Of a stretch of 64,000 nt of DNA, positions 48,160-63,186 are shown piece by piece; the stretch's first letter is position 1; every line of letters starts with the position of its first letter. Origin of the DNA: Spirochaetia bacterium. Its GTDB lineage: Bacteria > Spirochaetota > Spirochaetia > UBA9216. Location of the stretch: assembly GCA_963677925.2 (NCBI GenBank), contig CAXXYH010000004.1, forward strand, positions 2,112,001 to 2,176,000. Direction: 5' to 3'. Under the pieces are notes generated by a model. The model saw only the letters and a list, made by a program, of their open reading frames with translations, was not told the DNA's origin and did no database searches. Made by a program: the position numbers and the translations under genes.

Positions 48160-50277
48160 GTGAAGTTTAAGAGCAAATTATTTTTTTCATTTTCAACTAA
48201 ACTGATTCTGGTATTCATCCTGCTGTTAAGTATATCAAGCCTCATTACAGGTCTAACTGCTTATCTTGTAGCCAGAAATGAACTCAACAGAAAAGGCAGC
48301 CAGGTTTTAAAAAACAGTGTGGTTCAGGCTCTTGATCTTATAGAGTCCGAGCATGAGCGGTTTATCTCCGCTAACTATTCACTGGATGCTTTACAGGAGC
48401 ATATTAAAGAAATCCTCATGGGGCCTTTAGATCCGCAGCTGGGTACCCGAACACTTCACCATCGCATTGATCTTGGAGCAAATGGTTATTTTATAATCTA
48501 TAATTCTAAGGGCGATGAAATCATGCATCCTACACTTGAGGGGCAGAATGTAATTGATGTAACCAGTTTTGATGATGATGAAAGATTTCTGGTACAGGAT
48601 CAGATTGATGCAGGTAAATCCGGGGGTGGTTTTACCTACTATTCCTGGATGCTTCCGCATTCAACCAGGATCGCCAGGAAAATATCCTACAGCCAATACT
48701 ACGAGCCATGGGACTGGATAGTTGTTGCTACTGCATACGAAATTGATTTTAACAGAGGCGCTGCAGTAATTCTTCTGGCGATCGTTATTACTATGCTGCT
48801 TTTAATTCTCTCTGTATCTTTTCTTATCGTAAAATTCATCCGGGGCGTCACAACTCCAATTTATAAGATAGTTGACGGATTTGGAAAGGTTGCTGTAAAT
48901 AAGCTTGAAGCTGTCGAAAATAATCTCCGTCGGGATGAGATAGGAATGTTGGTCGACGGATATAATCACATGATCAGCGCACTTCAGGAAGCAGAATCAA
49001 ATATTGCGGATAAGGAAGATTATATAAAATTTCTGGCCTTTCATGATGATCTCACAGGACTGCCAAATCGTCACGGAATTGAAGAGCACATCTCCGGAAG
49101 AATAAAAACCGGATGTAACACCGCTTATATGGTTCAGGCTGATATATGGGGGCTGAAGATAATAAATTCGGCACTGGGATACAAACAGGGAGACATGCTT
49201 CTGCAGGTAATAGGGGAGTACTTTTTAAAATCAGATAATTCAGATTTATACCTTGCAAGAACAAGCAGTAATGAATTCACAATGTGGGTAGAAAACAGGA
49301 ATCATAAGGAAATATCAGATCTTGTCTATGATTTAAGAAAATCTGTAAAAGAATATATCAATAAGAGCGGTTACGGACGCCTTGTTAATATGCATCTTGC
49401 CATGACAACATACCCGCTCGACGGCAGTACTTTCAGTGAGCTTTATGAAAAAACCTGTATAGCGCTTAAAACAGCAAAAGATGAAAATTCTTTAAAACTC
49501 AAAGAATATCATGATGATTTTAAGGAAAATATCGAGAATGAACTTTCAATGAGGAAGTATCTTACAAAAGCTCTTGAAGAGGATGAAATAAGAGCTTTTT
49601 ACCAGGCCCAGATGGATATAACGACCGGAACCGTGGCAGGCGTTGAGGCTCTTGCACGCTGGGAATCCAAAGAGTTGGGCTATGTTCCTCCGTCAATTTT
49701 TATTCCTGCTATAAGCAGCCAAAATCTTGTAAATGAATTCAGTATCTATATGATTGATAAGGTCCTTGGTGATTATTCCGCGTTGAAGCAGAAATACAAC
49801 GATGACATCAGTGTTTCAATTAATATTTCTCCATCCTATTTTATGGATAAGGGCTTTCTGGATAATCTTAATACAAGACTGAAAAAATATTCAATTCCGG
49901 CTGAAAAACTCACATTGGAAATAACAGAAGATGTTTTTATATCGGATATCGATAAGATTAACAGTATAATCAGTCAGCTGCATAACATGGGGGTCAGAAT
50001 ATCAATTGATGACTTCGGAACAGGTTATTCGTCATTAAATTATCTGACAAAGATGAATTTTGATGAGATGAAGATAGATAAAAGTTTTATAAATAAGATA
50101 ATAGAGGAACCGAAATCCATGGAGCTTTTTAAAGTTCTGTGCCAGATAGCTGAAATATATGATTATGAAATAGTTGCGGAAGGGGTAGAGACTGAGCTTC
50201 AGCTTGATATGATAAAAACTACACCTCTTAAAATTGTACAGGGATATCTTTTTTCAAAGCCGGAACCTCTGCAATAA
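48160..50277 (+). CDS. Cache-HAMP-GGDEF(degenerate)-EAL c-di-GMP phosphodiesterase
   Basis: Two TMs around a Cache domain, DDLTGLPNR, SSNEF in place of GGDEF, EALARW, DDFGTGYSS, AEGVET. Confidence 0.9.
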   Translation: MKFKSKLFFSFSTKLILVFILLLSISSLITGLTAYLVARNELNRKGSQVLKNSVVQALDLIESEHERFISANYSLDALQEHIKEILMGPLDPQLGTRTLHHRIDLGANGYFIIYNSKGDEIMHPTLEGQNVIDVTSFDDDERFLVQDQIDAGKSGGGFTYYSWMLPHSTRIARKISYSQYYEPWDWIVVATAYEIDFNRGAAVILLAIVITMLLLILSVSFLIVKFIRGVTTPIYKIVDGFGKVAVNKLEAVENNLRRDEIGMLVDGYNHMISALQEAESNIADKEDYIKFLAFHDDLTGLPNRHGIEEHISGRIKTGCNTAYMVQADIWGLKIINSALGYKQGDMLLQVIGEYFLKSDNSDLYLARTSSNEFTMWVENRNHKEISDLVYDLRKSVKEYINKSGYGRLVNMHLAMTTYPLDGSTFSELYEKTCIALKTAKDENSLKLKEYHDDFKENIENELSMRKYLTKALEEDEIRAFYQAQMDITTGTVAGVEALARWESKELGYVPPSIFIPAISSQNLVNEFSIYMIDKVLGDYSALKQKYNDDISVSINISPSYFMDKGFLDNLNTRLKKYSIPAEKLTLEITEDVFISDIDKINSIISQLHNMGVRISIDDFGTGYSSLNYLTKMNFDEMKIDKSFINKIIEEPKSMELFKVLCQIAEIYDYEIVAEGVETELQLDMIKTTPLKIVQGYLFSKPEPLQ

Positions 50278-50303
50278 AAAAGCCGGAATCACCCGGCTTT
50301 TTT
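50276..50303. terminator. Bidirectional intrinsic terminator
   Basis: AAAAAAGCCGG..CCGGCTTTTTT between convergent genes. Confidence 0.75.
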
Positions 50304-50319
50304 ATAATGTAAATCCTGT

Positions 50320-50790
50320 TTAGAACCAGAATCTGAATCCAACAGCAGACTGAAGTCCCCAGTTCGGAAAACTGAAATTATCTCCAAGTGTTACGCCGAC
50401 AGCCGGGGCTACTTCAAGAAAAAGTTCCAGAACATCAATGGGGAATATCTGGAGTCCAACAGGTATTCTGGCACCAATCTGAAAGTTGGTAGAATTACCA
50501 AGACCAAGAACTCCGTAACCGCCAAGTCCTGCATACAGATTTAGAATACCTGCAAGATGTTCATGATAGAGCCACCAGTCAGCAGTTAATCCAAGATTGA
50601 ATTGATCAGAATTACCTGAAGCACTGATGCCCAGCAGGGGCCAGTCACTGTATTTTAATGACAAAGCGCCTGAATACGGAGAACTTCCAATAGGGTCAAA
50701 ACCGAAAGCTCCGCCGATACCGATTGCGAAAGAGCTGGCAGCAGTTATTACTAGCAGAATGACTGCTATAGCTATTATTTTCTTTTTCAT
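50320..50790 (-). CDS. Small outer-membrane beta-barrel (DUF3996-like spirochaete family)
   Basis: Signal peptide, GARIPVGL, ELFLEVAP, C-terminal GFRFWF. Confidence 0.7.
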   Translation of the reverse strand: MKKKIIAIAVILLVITAASSFAIGIGGAFGFDPIGSSPYSGALSLKYSDWPLLGISASGNSDQFNLGLTADWWLYHEHLAGILNLYAGLGGYGVLGLGNSTNFQIGARIPVGLQIFPIDVLELFLEVAPAVGVTLGDNFSFPNWGLQSAVGFRFWF

Positions 50791-50913
50791 GTTTCCTCCA
50801 AAACAGTTGTTGTAAATAATATAAACTCTAAATCTTCATTTTTCACCATATATCCAATGCAATTAATGAAAATTTATTGTAATATCAGTAAAAATACATT
50901 CTGGAGTGAATAA

Positions 50914-51975
50914 ATGAATAAGGTTATTCTTAAAGCCGCAGATCTGGACGGGTATCTGACAGATTACGACAAAGAAAATCTGGCTAAGATGGAAGTCTAC
51001 TATAACGAAGCCATGGAACAGTTTGCTACCATCAGCTCTTCCAATTTTACTGACAAAAGTGAATCAAGTAAAAAAGAACTTATTTCCATCTATAACAAAA
51101 TGGGTGTGCTTATGCAGGAGATAACTAACGAGATTCCTGCAATCAAGGTGTATTCGTTTGAGACCCCAAGAGAAAATCATGGTGAGGCTTCCCGGCTGAT
51201 TGCAAAACTGCGGGATGTGAGAACTGAGCATCATGAGTTTCTTTACTATATCCAGCGGGCTTATGAAATGCTGTTTAATCTGGCATACGGCGGAGCAAGC
51301 TCCAAAAAAAATTACCTTATTACTAAAACTCCTGTAAATATGCCTGTTCAGAATTACGCTGTTCACAAGATTCCAGATGCTGATGAGCAGATCGAGAATT
51401 CAGTTATGTGTGTAATGCTTCGCGGAGCTCTTCTTCCCTCGATGATTATGAGTAAGGAAATACAGGAGTATTCCTCAGAAGGCTATGTCACCCCCTTTGC
51501 CTTATTCAAGATAAACAGGGATGATTCAAAGAAAGAATTAAACATGGAATACATTCTTGATCTTGAGAAATCATACTTTGATCTTGAAAGTCTTGATGGT
51601 AAGGATCTGATCTTTGCTGATCCAATGAATGCCACCGGCGGAAGTCTGGTTACAATAGTGAAATACCTTCTTGAGAACGGTGTGAAACCTAAATCCATAA
51701 AATTTTTCAATGTTATTTCTGCACTTAAAGGATCATTACGCATAGTCAGAGCTTTGGAAAATGTAACCGTTTATACTTTATGGATGGATCCAATCCTTAA
51801 TGAAAAAGCATACATAATGCCTGGTCTTGGAGATGCCGGAGACAGGCTTAATGGAAGCGATGCAGAAGAAGCTCCTCGAAACATTATTCAGCTAATTGCT
51901 GACTATGGAGTAAATATCTCCCAGCTTTACCGATCTCAGGTTCGAAAAATCGAAGAAACAGTCCTTGGAGGCTGA
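50914..51975 (+). CDS. upp: Uracil phosphoribosyltransferase (long form)
   Basis: MLRGAL, PRPP-binding [22 protein letters not shown]. Confidence 0.88.
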   Translation: MNKVILKAADLDGYLTDYDKENLAKMEVYYNEAMEQFATISSSNFTDKSESSKKELISIYNKMGVLMQEITNEIPAIKVYSFETPRENHGEASRLIAKLRDVRTEHHEFLYYIQRAYEMLFNLAYGGASSKKNYLITKTPVNMPVQNYAVHKIPDADEQIENSVMCVMLRGALLPSMIMSKEIQEYSSEGYVTPFALFKINRDDSKKELNMEYILDLEKSYFDLESLDGKDLIFADPMNATGGSLVTIVKYLLENGVKPKSIKFFNVISALKGSLRIVRALENVTVYTLWMDPILNEKAYIMPGLGDAGDRLNGSDAEEAPRNIIQLIADYGVNISQLYRSQVRKIEETVLGG

Positions 51976-51981
51976 TGAGTA

Positions 51982-52947
51982 ATGTTTTCTCATCCGGCCG
52001 GTAAGGTAGGTATCTTATTTTTCAGTTCTCTTCTGATTGTTTTTACACTTTCCTGCGGGACTGTTGCCAATGTCTCTGTAGAGGAGACGGCGACAGCATG
52101 GTACAACCTGGGCAATGCCTATACCGAGCTGGGCCGGAATGAAGAAGCCGTTGAGGCCTTTGTTAGGGCAAGAGAACTGGATCCCTCACTTTTCAGCGCC
52201 GGATATAATCTTGCCCGGGTTTATATCTATCTTGAAAATTATGGTGACAGTGTCGATGAATTGCAGGGGCTTCTTGAGGTAGATCCTGAAAACCGGATCG
52301 CTAAGGAGACTCTTGCATGGGTCTATCATCTGCAGGGCGATGATGAAAGAGCACTTGGTGTGTATCTTGAACTTATAAGTAAGTCTCAATTCAGCAGAAA
52401 TTCTCTCTACAATGTTGCAGCTATCTATGATGCACAGGGCAAAAAGGAAAAGGCTGTTCAGTATTACGAGACATTGGTTGATAATTTCCCGGAAGAAACC
52501 ACTGTATACAGGAACCTTGCCATTCTATCCAATGAAGCTCTTGATTATGAAAAAGCCCTGCTTTGGTCCGCTAAATATACAGAATCGGCCGAAGATGAAT
52601 ACCAGTCCTGGGAATTAAACGGAGATATCCTGAAGAATCTAAGCAGGTACGATGATGCACTTGATTCCTTCTTAAAGGCAGAAGAGCTTGCTGATAAAAA
52701 CTCAGAGAAGGGAAGGGTCATATTCAAACAGGCAAGGATATATCTGACAATTATTGATGATTCAGAGAAGGGCCTGGAGCTTCTGGAGAAGGCTGTAGAA
52801 AATGAATGGAAAGACAGCGACGCTGCAGAAGCGCTTTTATCTGATAAAGAAATTCCCTGGTATGAGGATGCTGCTGAAATTTTAAAAACCGTGATTAGTC
52901 AAACGGAAACAACTGAAGTCAGTGAGGCTGCGGATGAAGAAGAATAA
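51982..52947 (+). CDS. TPR lipoprotein
   Basis: Lipobox TLSC; TPRs (WYNLGNAY.., YNLARVY..). Confidence 0.82.
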   Translation: MFSHPAGKVGILFFSSLLIVFTLSCGTVANVSVEETATAWYNLGNAYTELGRNEEAVEAFVRARELDPSLFSAGYNLARVYIYLENYGDSVDELQGLLEVDPENRIAKETLAWVYHLQGDDERALGVYLELISKSQFSRNSLYNVAAIYDAQGKKEKAVQYYETLVDNFPEETTVYRNLAILSNEALDYEKALLWSAKYTESAEDEYQSWELNGDILKNLSRYDDALDSFLKAEELADKNSEKGRVIFKQARIYLTIIDDSEKGLELLEKAVENEWKDSDAAEALLSDKEIPWYEDAAEILKTVISQTETTEVSEAADEEE

Positions 52948-52982
52948 TTCCCTGCTTAGAGCTTCATATTAGAAGCTCTAAT

Positions 52983-53612
52983 TCAGGAATTAACAGTTTT
53001 CAATGTATCCTTTAAGACATTCTCAACGGTCTGTGTTCCGTCGATATCAAAAAGACGGTTTTTAGACTTATAATAATCTATAAGCGGTGCTGTCTGTTTT
53101 CGGTAGACATCAAGCCTGTTCTGGACGGCATCGGCTGCGTCATCGGGTCTGACATACAATTCCCCGCCGCATTTATCACAAATGCCGTCAGTCTTAGGTT
53201 TGATAGTTTTAATGTGATAACCTTCACCGCAGTTTTTACAGAGTCTTCTGCCGCTGAGCCTGTCAACGACTTCTTCGTCAGACACAATAAAATTAATTAC
53301 CTTATCAATAGTACTGAATTCTGCCAGAGAATCAGCCTGTCCGATTGTTCTTGGAAACCCATCCAGGATATAACCATTTGAAGCATCAGCTTCGGCAAGT
53401 CTCTCCTTGACAAGGGCGACTGTTAAATCGTCGGGAACCAGATTTCCGGCTTCAATGATAGCCTGAACCTTAACACCCAGTTCTGTTTTGTTTTTGATTG
53501 CTTTTCTGAAAAGATCTCCGGTTGAGATGTGGGGGATACCGAGGTTTCCGCATGCCCTCGACGCGATTGTCCCTTTTCCGGCACCCGGGGGGCCTAAAAA
53601 AATCAGTTTCAT
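52983..53612 (-). CDS. adk: Adenylate kinase
   Basis: GPPGAGKGT, HISTGD, LDGFPR, Zn-binding LID cysteines. Confidence 0.97.
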   Translation of the reverse strand: MKLIFLGPPGAGKGTIASRACGNLGIPHISTGDLFRKAIKNKTELGVKVQAIIEAGNLVPDDLTVALVKERLAEADASNGYILDGFPRTIGQADSLAEFSTIDKVINFIVSDEEVVDRLSGRRLCKNCGEGYHIKTIKPKTDGICDKCGGELYVRPDDAADAVQNRLDVYRKQTAPLIDYYKSKNRLFDIDGTQTVENVLKDTLKTVNS

Positions 53613-53876
53613 TCATTCCTCCTTCATATCTGGAAGAATTATACCGTCTTTGGAGTAAATTGTTCTACACTCAACTGAACAATAATATTTCGTTTCATTC
53701 TCATTTTTGTCAGGTTTAAAGTATTTGCCGCAGTTTATGCATTTTGCATACTCATTTGTACATTCAGTTGAGCAATAGAGATTATTTATACTCTGACTTG
53801 CAGGTGTAATTCTTCCGCAGGTTTGGCACCTGATATATTTTATATCCGAATCATCCGATTCCATTCGTTTCTCCAT
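53613..53876 (-). CDS. Small double Zn-finger (CxxC..YCSxxC) protein
   Basis: CQTC..YCSTEC and CINC..YCSVEC. Confidence 0.7.
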   Translation of the reverse strand: MEKRMESDDSDIKYIRCQTCGRITPASQSINNLYCSTECTNEYAKCINCGKYFKPDKNENETKYYCSVECRTIYSKDGIILPDMKEE

Positions 53877-53970
53877 CAGTTTTATTATATTCGGTCAAAT
53901 TCCTGAATAAAAAGCTTGAATTACAAAAGCACGGGGTCTATTCTATATAGTATTACATGTGGAGGTAAAT

Positions 53971-54297
53971 ATGTCTATTTACGAAAAGCTTCAGGAAGGA
54001 TTAAGTGATGGCCTGGCTTATGGTATTGAAACATCAAAAAATCTCCTTTCCAAGGCTAAGGAGACAGCGGTTGAACTTGAAGAAGAAGGTCTGCTGCGTC
54101 TTGAATTAAGAAAGTTGAATGCAAGAAAGAAGGAATTAATCAGCGAACTTGGAATAAAGGCATATGAAGCCTTTGTCATAAATAACAGAAAGTCTCTCAC
54201 CTTATCTTCTTCAGGAGTCAACTCAATTCTTTCAGAGATAAATGAGCTTGAAAAAGCCATAGCCGAGAAAGAAGAAGACCTTAGAAAGTCAGAATAG
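53971..54297 (+). CDS. Coiled-coil hypothetical protein
   Basis: GGAGG RBS before ATG 53971; helical, charged ORF. Confidence 0.65.
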   Translation: MSIYEKLQEGLSDGLAYGIETSKNLLSKAKETAVELEEEGLLRLELRKLNARKKELISELGIKAYEAFVINNRKSLTLSSSGVNSILSEINELEKAIAEKEEDLRKSE

Positions 54298-54423
54298 CTA
54301 TTCACTTTATAAATTCAGTTCAACTCATCTCAATTTTTATCAATTCACCTGATATTTCTGGAAACTTGAGTAAATTAGTGTTAATAGTTTGTGTATTCTA
54401 TTTATAATTTTTAAGGAGAAAAT

Positions 54424-55554
54424 GTGAAAACAAAACTAATTCTACTTACAATCGTACTTACAATTGTCGCCATTTTTGCCGGATGCTCATTAATTGGGAT
54501 ATGGCCATCATCCGTAGATGTTTCTGATGTAAATACTGACGGTTTTCCTACTATTTCAGCAGGTCTTGAAATGAGAGGTCTGGATGATGGTTATTTTACA
54601 AAGCTTAGTGCTGATGATTTTCCGGAAGAAGTTACGGAATATGTTTATTATGGAACCAAAGATGATATAGGCGATTTAATTCAGTCTGTAACATTCCCGC
54701 TTGATGTAACTGTAAACATGACAGAAGAAACATCAAATGTTGATGTAGTTTTTGTATTTGATACAACAGGAAGTATGGGCGGTGAAATTTCTGGAATGGT
54801 TGAAAGTGCCAATGATTTTGCAGACCAACTTGATACCTCCGGTGTAGATTTCACTATAGGTTGTGTAACTTTTGGTGATACATATGGAAATACATTGGAT
54901 TCATATTACGAAAGACCATATCTGGCTCCCACAACTGAAGTTTCAGATTTTAAAGACTTTATGAATTCTCTTACTGCAACCGGCGGTGGTGATGGCGCTG
55001 AAAATTTTATTGATGCTATTGATTATGCCAGAACATCAACTTCGGGTGATAACCCGGAAGGCTCGTTTCAAACTCAGGCTGGTTTCACTTATCGTTCAGA
55101 TGCAAAAACAGTTTTTGTCGGTGTGACTGATATCTATTATCAGACTCCTGCATCACCAGGAAATGTTTCCTCATATTATGCGGATGGAGGTCCTTACAGC
55201 AGTGCTGTTTACAACACAATTGAAGATGAAATCGCCCATCTGCAGGATGATGCAATAGTTATGCACGTTGTAAGCCCCTCTTACTATCAGGACTATTATA
55301 CAGATCTGGCCTACCAGACAGGCGGTGTGTGGATAGATATGGATTCTGATTTTGAGGATGTTGTTGATTCAATTGGGACTACCATTAGTTCTAATTATAT
55401 TATCAGGTTTACAACTACTGATGAGACTCTGGGTACATACAGATCTATCTCTTTTTGGGTAGGTGGAGTTTACGTTACGATTGAATATGAAATTGATGCA
55501 TACGGTGCAAGATCAGCAAAAGTTATTTCAATACCGTCAAATTCAAATTATTAA
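54424..55554 (+). CDS. vWA-domain lipoprotein
   Basis: Lipobox FAGC; MIDAS DVVFVFDTTGSM, GGGDGAE, VTD, TGG. Confidence 0.85.
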   Translation: MKTKLILLTIVLTIVAIFAGCSLIGIWPSSVDVSDVNTDGFPTISAGLEMRGLDDGYFTKLSADDFPEEVTEYVYYGTKDDIGDLIQSVTFPLDVTVNMTEETSNVDVVFVFDTTGSMGGEISGMVESANDFADQLDTSGVDFTIGCVTFGDTYGNTLDSYYERPYLAPTTEVSDFKDFMNSLTATGGGDGAENFIDAIDYARTSTSGDNPEGSFQTQAGFTYRSDAKTVFVGVTDIYYQTPASPGNVSSYYADGGPYSSAVYNTIEDEIAHLQDDAIVMHVVSPSYYQDYYTDLAYQTGGVWIDMDSDFEDVVDSIGTTISSNYIIRFTTTDETLGTYRSISFWVGGVYVTIEYEIDAYGARSAKVISIPSNSNY

Positions 55555-55603
55555 TTAAAACCTTTACAAGCACCATTTAAATTCCTAAAATTATAAATGG
55601 TGC

Positions 55604-55632
55604 TTGACATTTTTTCAGCAAATCTGTATAAC
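55604..55632 (+). promoter_or_regulatory. rrn promoter P1
   Basis: TTGACA-17 nt-TATAAC. Confidence 0.7.
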
Positions 55633-55729
55633 TACGAAACCTTCTGAAACAGCAAGTCAAACGGCTCTTCAGGACCAACGATAAGTCAAGTAAGTTCTTA
55701 AAATACTTAAAATTATTTTAACGAACCGG

Positions 55730-55758
55730 TTGACACAAATCGCTGGGTTTGGTAAAAC
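55730..55758 (+). promoter_or_regulatory. rrn promoter P2
   Basis: TTGACA-17 nt-TAAAAC with AT-rich upstream tract. Confidence 0.6.
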
Positions 55759-55812
55759 TACGGCACGCTTAAAACACAGTGTGTGAGTAGCGAAAAAGAC
55801 TCTGATGAGTCT

Positions 55813-55824
55813 TGTTCTTTAACA
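55813..55824 (+). promoter_or_regulatory. boxA-like antitermination element
   Basis: TGTTCTTTAACA versus consensus TGCTCTTTAACA; second copy CGTTCTTTAAAA at 57971-57982. Confidence 0.6.
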
Positions 55825-55951
55825 GTTAATTAGGGAAGGAAAGAGAGCCTGTGTTAATAGGTTTGATACTGAGCTACTTGAAAGATAGTAGATAGTGCGA
55901 ACCGTCAATTGTTAGGATTAAAATTGCTAAGCTTTATGTTTAGCAAATTAT

Positions 55952-57489
<1,538 letters not shown>

Positions 57490-57761
57490 CAATGTGAAAG
57501 GAACGTGACTAAGTCTGAAAACTTCGGTTTAAAACTTAGCTTAGAGTTTGTTTACAAACTTTAACGCTTTAATAGTCATGGAAAAACAGCCTGTTAGGCA
57601 AAAAACAACGCAGTGAAGTTCAGTTTACTGAACTTCCGAGATGCAGCTTGCTGCATCTCCGCTCTCTTTCTTCCTTTTTTATATTAAGTGAAGGTCAACT
57701 GGTTTTACTCGCTTGGAGATTTACCATGTAAAGCTCTGGAGGAAATCTTTGATTTTCTTTC

Positions 57762-57835
57762 GGGGGTATAGCTCAGCTGGCTAGAGCGGTGGCTTTGCAA
57801 GCCATAGGTCTGGGGTTCGAATCCCCATACCTCCA
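57762..57835 (+). tRNA. tRNA-Ala(TGC)
   Basis: GGGGGTA/TACCTCC acceptor with G3:U70, anticodon arm GTGGC-TTTGCAA-GCCAT. Confidence 0.96.
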
Positions 57836-58070
57836 ATAGATATTTAACCGGTAACGGTTTGATATATTAAAGTCCTTTTTGTAGGGCTTTAAGACATAGT
57901 CTCCATAGAGAGATTTAAGTTTGGCATTGTCAAACTTAAGAGAATACGGAATTAAGAATTCAGTATTCTCCGTTCTTTAAAATAGATAAAGACTGTTGAA
58001 AGATTACAGTTTTGAAAACTTATCCATATAACAGGGAGTGGATAAGTATAGGGAAGGGTTAAGAGGTAAT

Positions 58071-61061
<2,991 letters not shown>

Positions 61062-61202
61062 ATTTCCCCTTAATCAATTCCCGGAGAATTGAGCCAATAG
61101 GCTGCATGGACTAAGAAGTCCTGTGAATAGCAACCTATCGTGCCCAAACTCAATCCCTGTTCATTCTGCAATAGCAGGATGTAAGAATAATTTTGAATAA
61201 TT

Positions 61203-61295
<93 letters not shown>

Positions 61296-61314
<19 letters not shown>

Positions 61315-61523
61315 TTTTTTTATTAATTTAGACCAACGGTCTAAATTAATAAAATATGAGACCTAAGAAGAGCTTGAAGTTTGGTAATACCAAACTTCAG
61401 AGAAAGTTCTGAATATTAAGCGGTTATATAAACCAATAGAAGTCTGGAAGATAACCAGAGATAAATGGCAGCAAAGCCACTTTCTCCGGTCATATGCCAG
61501 GCTTTTTTTTATTAATTTCAAAA
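61296..61523 (+). repeat. Hairpin-rich repeat unit, copy 1
   Basis: Matches 61687-61913; the last ~130 bp are near-identical. Confidence 0.9.
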
Positions 61524-61686
61524 AGCAGTATTACAATTCTTAACTTTTAAAATAATCACTCCCGCTAACGCGTGAACTGATGTAACTTTTTTCACGTAAA
61601 ATCTATCTAAACTAATAATTTGCGGGACTACGTTAGGCCCCATAGGCTCACCCTGAAAGTAGCACAGCAGGCTTAGCCTGATGTAT

Positions 61687-61913
61687 AGTAGGTCATTGCC
61701 AGGCTTTTTTTTATTTTCACAGAACTTCTGTTCTGCGAATATAAAATATTAGTCTAAGATGTGGTAAGAAGTTTAGCTTGCTAAACTTCAGAGAAAGTTC
61801 TGAATATTAAGCGGTTATATAAACCAATAGAAGTCTGGAAGATAACCAGAGATAAATGGCAGTAAAGCCACTTTCTCCGGTCATATGCCAGGTTTTTTTT
61901 ATTAATTTCAAAA
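61687..61913 (+). repeat. Hairpin-rich repeat unit, copy 2
   Basis: Begins with the 5S 3' end AGTAGGTCATTGCCAGGC; offset 391 bp from copy 1. Confidence 0.9.
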
Positions 61914-62046
61914 TATAGTTAATTTATAGGAAAACAATAACCTCAGATAACATGAACTCTGATTATTTACATTTTATACATTTGTTGACAGTTTAATATT
62001 TACTAAACATAATGAAACAGTAGATTTAAAATTTCTGGAGGATTTA

Positions 62047-63051
62047 TTGGCTAAGCTTAAAGATGTCGCTAAACTGGCCGGTGTATCTGTTGCAACTGTT
62101 TCACAGGCTCTCAACGGAAAATACGTAAACGAGAAAACTAGAGAAAATATTTTAAGAATAGCTTCTGAATTGAAATACTATCCCAATAAAAGCGGGAGAA
62201 CACTGATAACCGGTAAAGCTTCTGCAATCACTCTGGTTATTATTAACTCAACAAAACATGCAGACATTGTTCATGAGAGCACATTCTTTTACCATATAAT
62301 CCAGGGTATTATACAGATAGCAGAAAAAAATCACCATAGTTTTATATTAGATGTTCGTAATTGGGAAGATGATGATCTTATCGCTTATTTTACTCGAAAA
62401 GTCAATGATCGTTCTTCGGACGGATTAATAATAATACCTCAATTCATACATCCATATATATTCATTGAAGCTTTGCAGGATTTTCCGGTTGTTTTTTTAA
62501 ATGCGTCCGATAGAAGAGAAAAGCTAAATACTGTTTATATGGATAACGAGATGGGAGCAGCTCTTATGGCCAGGCATATAATTGCAAAGGGATACAGGAA
62601 TGTAGGTGTAATTCATGGTCCTGAAGATCATTACGACGGTTATCTGAGGAAACAGGCTTTTTTGAAAATTATGAATGACTACGGATTTGGGATAACTGAA
62701 AAATATCAGGTTTATGGAGATTATACTATCGAGAGCGGCTATCTCGGGGCTAAAGTTCTTTTTCAGCAGTGCAAACCTGATGCTATTTTTTGTGCGAATG
62801 ATTATATGGCTGCCGGAGCTATGAGGTATATCAAGGAAAAGGGCCTGCGGATTCCTGAGGATGTTGCTGTAAGCGGTTATGATAATGTGGAGCTTTCCCA
62901 GGCAGTCTATCCCATGCTGACGACCGTCGATGGTGGTATGTTTAAGTTAGGCCGGGCTCTGGCGGAAAATCTCTTTAAGGTTATGAAGACCGGAGGGCAT
63001 AATCTGAATATCCGTCTTCTACCTGAACTGGTAGAAAGAGGAACTGCATAA
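62047..63051 (+). CDS. LacI-family transcriptional regulator
   Basis: LKDVAKLAGVSVATVSQALN HTH; AIFCAND, IPEDVAVSGYDN, LTTV. Confidence 0.95.
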   Translation: MAKLKDVAKLAGVSVATVSQALNGKYVNEKTRENILRIASELKYYPNKSGRTLITGKASAITLVIINSTKHADIVHESTFFYHIIQGIIQIAEKNHHSFILDVRNWEDDDLIAYFTRKVNDRSSDGLIIIPQFIHPYIFIEALQDFPVVFLNASDRREKLNTVYMDNEMGAALMARHIIAKGYRNVGVIHGPEDHYDGYLRKQAFLKIMNDYGFGITEKYQVYGDYTIESGYLGAKVLFQQCKPDAIFCANDYMAAGAMRYIKEKGLRIPEDVAVSGYDNVELSQAVYPMLTTVDGGMFKLGRALAENLFKVMKTGGHNLNIRLLPELVERGTA

Positions 63052-63103
63052 TAACTAAAATGATAAAGAAAAATAAAATATGACAACATAAGAGAAGTTT
63101 TAC

Positions 63104-63164
63104 TTGACACTTGTTATCAATATGATAAAATATTAAAACGTTTTAGATTAACTGAAACGTTTTA
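63104..63164 (+). promoter_or_regulatory. Promoter with two LacI-type operators
   Basis: TTGACA (63104) and TGnTAAAAT (63123-63131); palindrome TAAAACGTTTTA (63134-63145) and TGAAACGTTTTA (63153-63164). Confidence 0.75.
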
Positions 63165-63186
63165 AATTTGTTTTTGGAGGAAAAGT

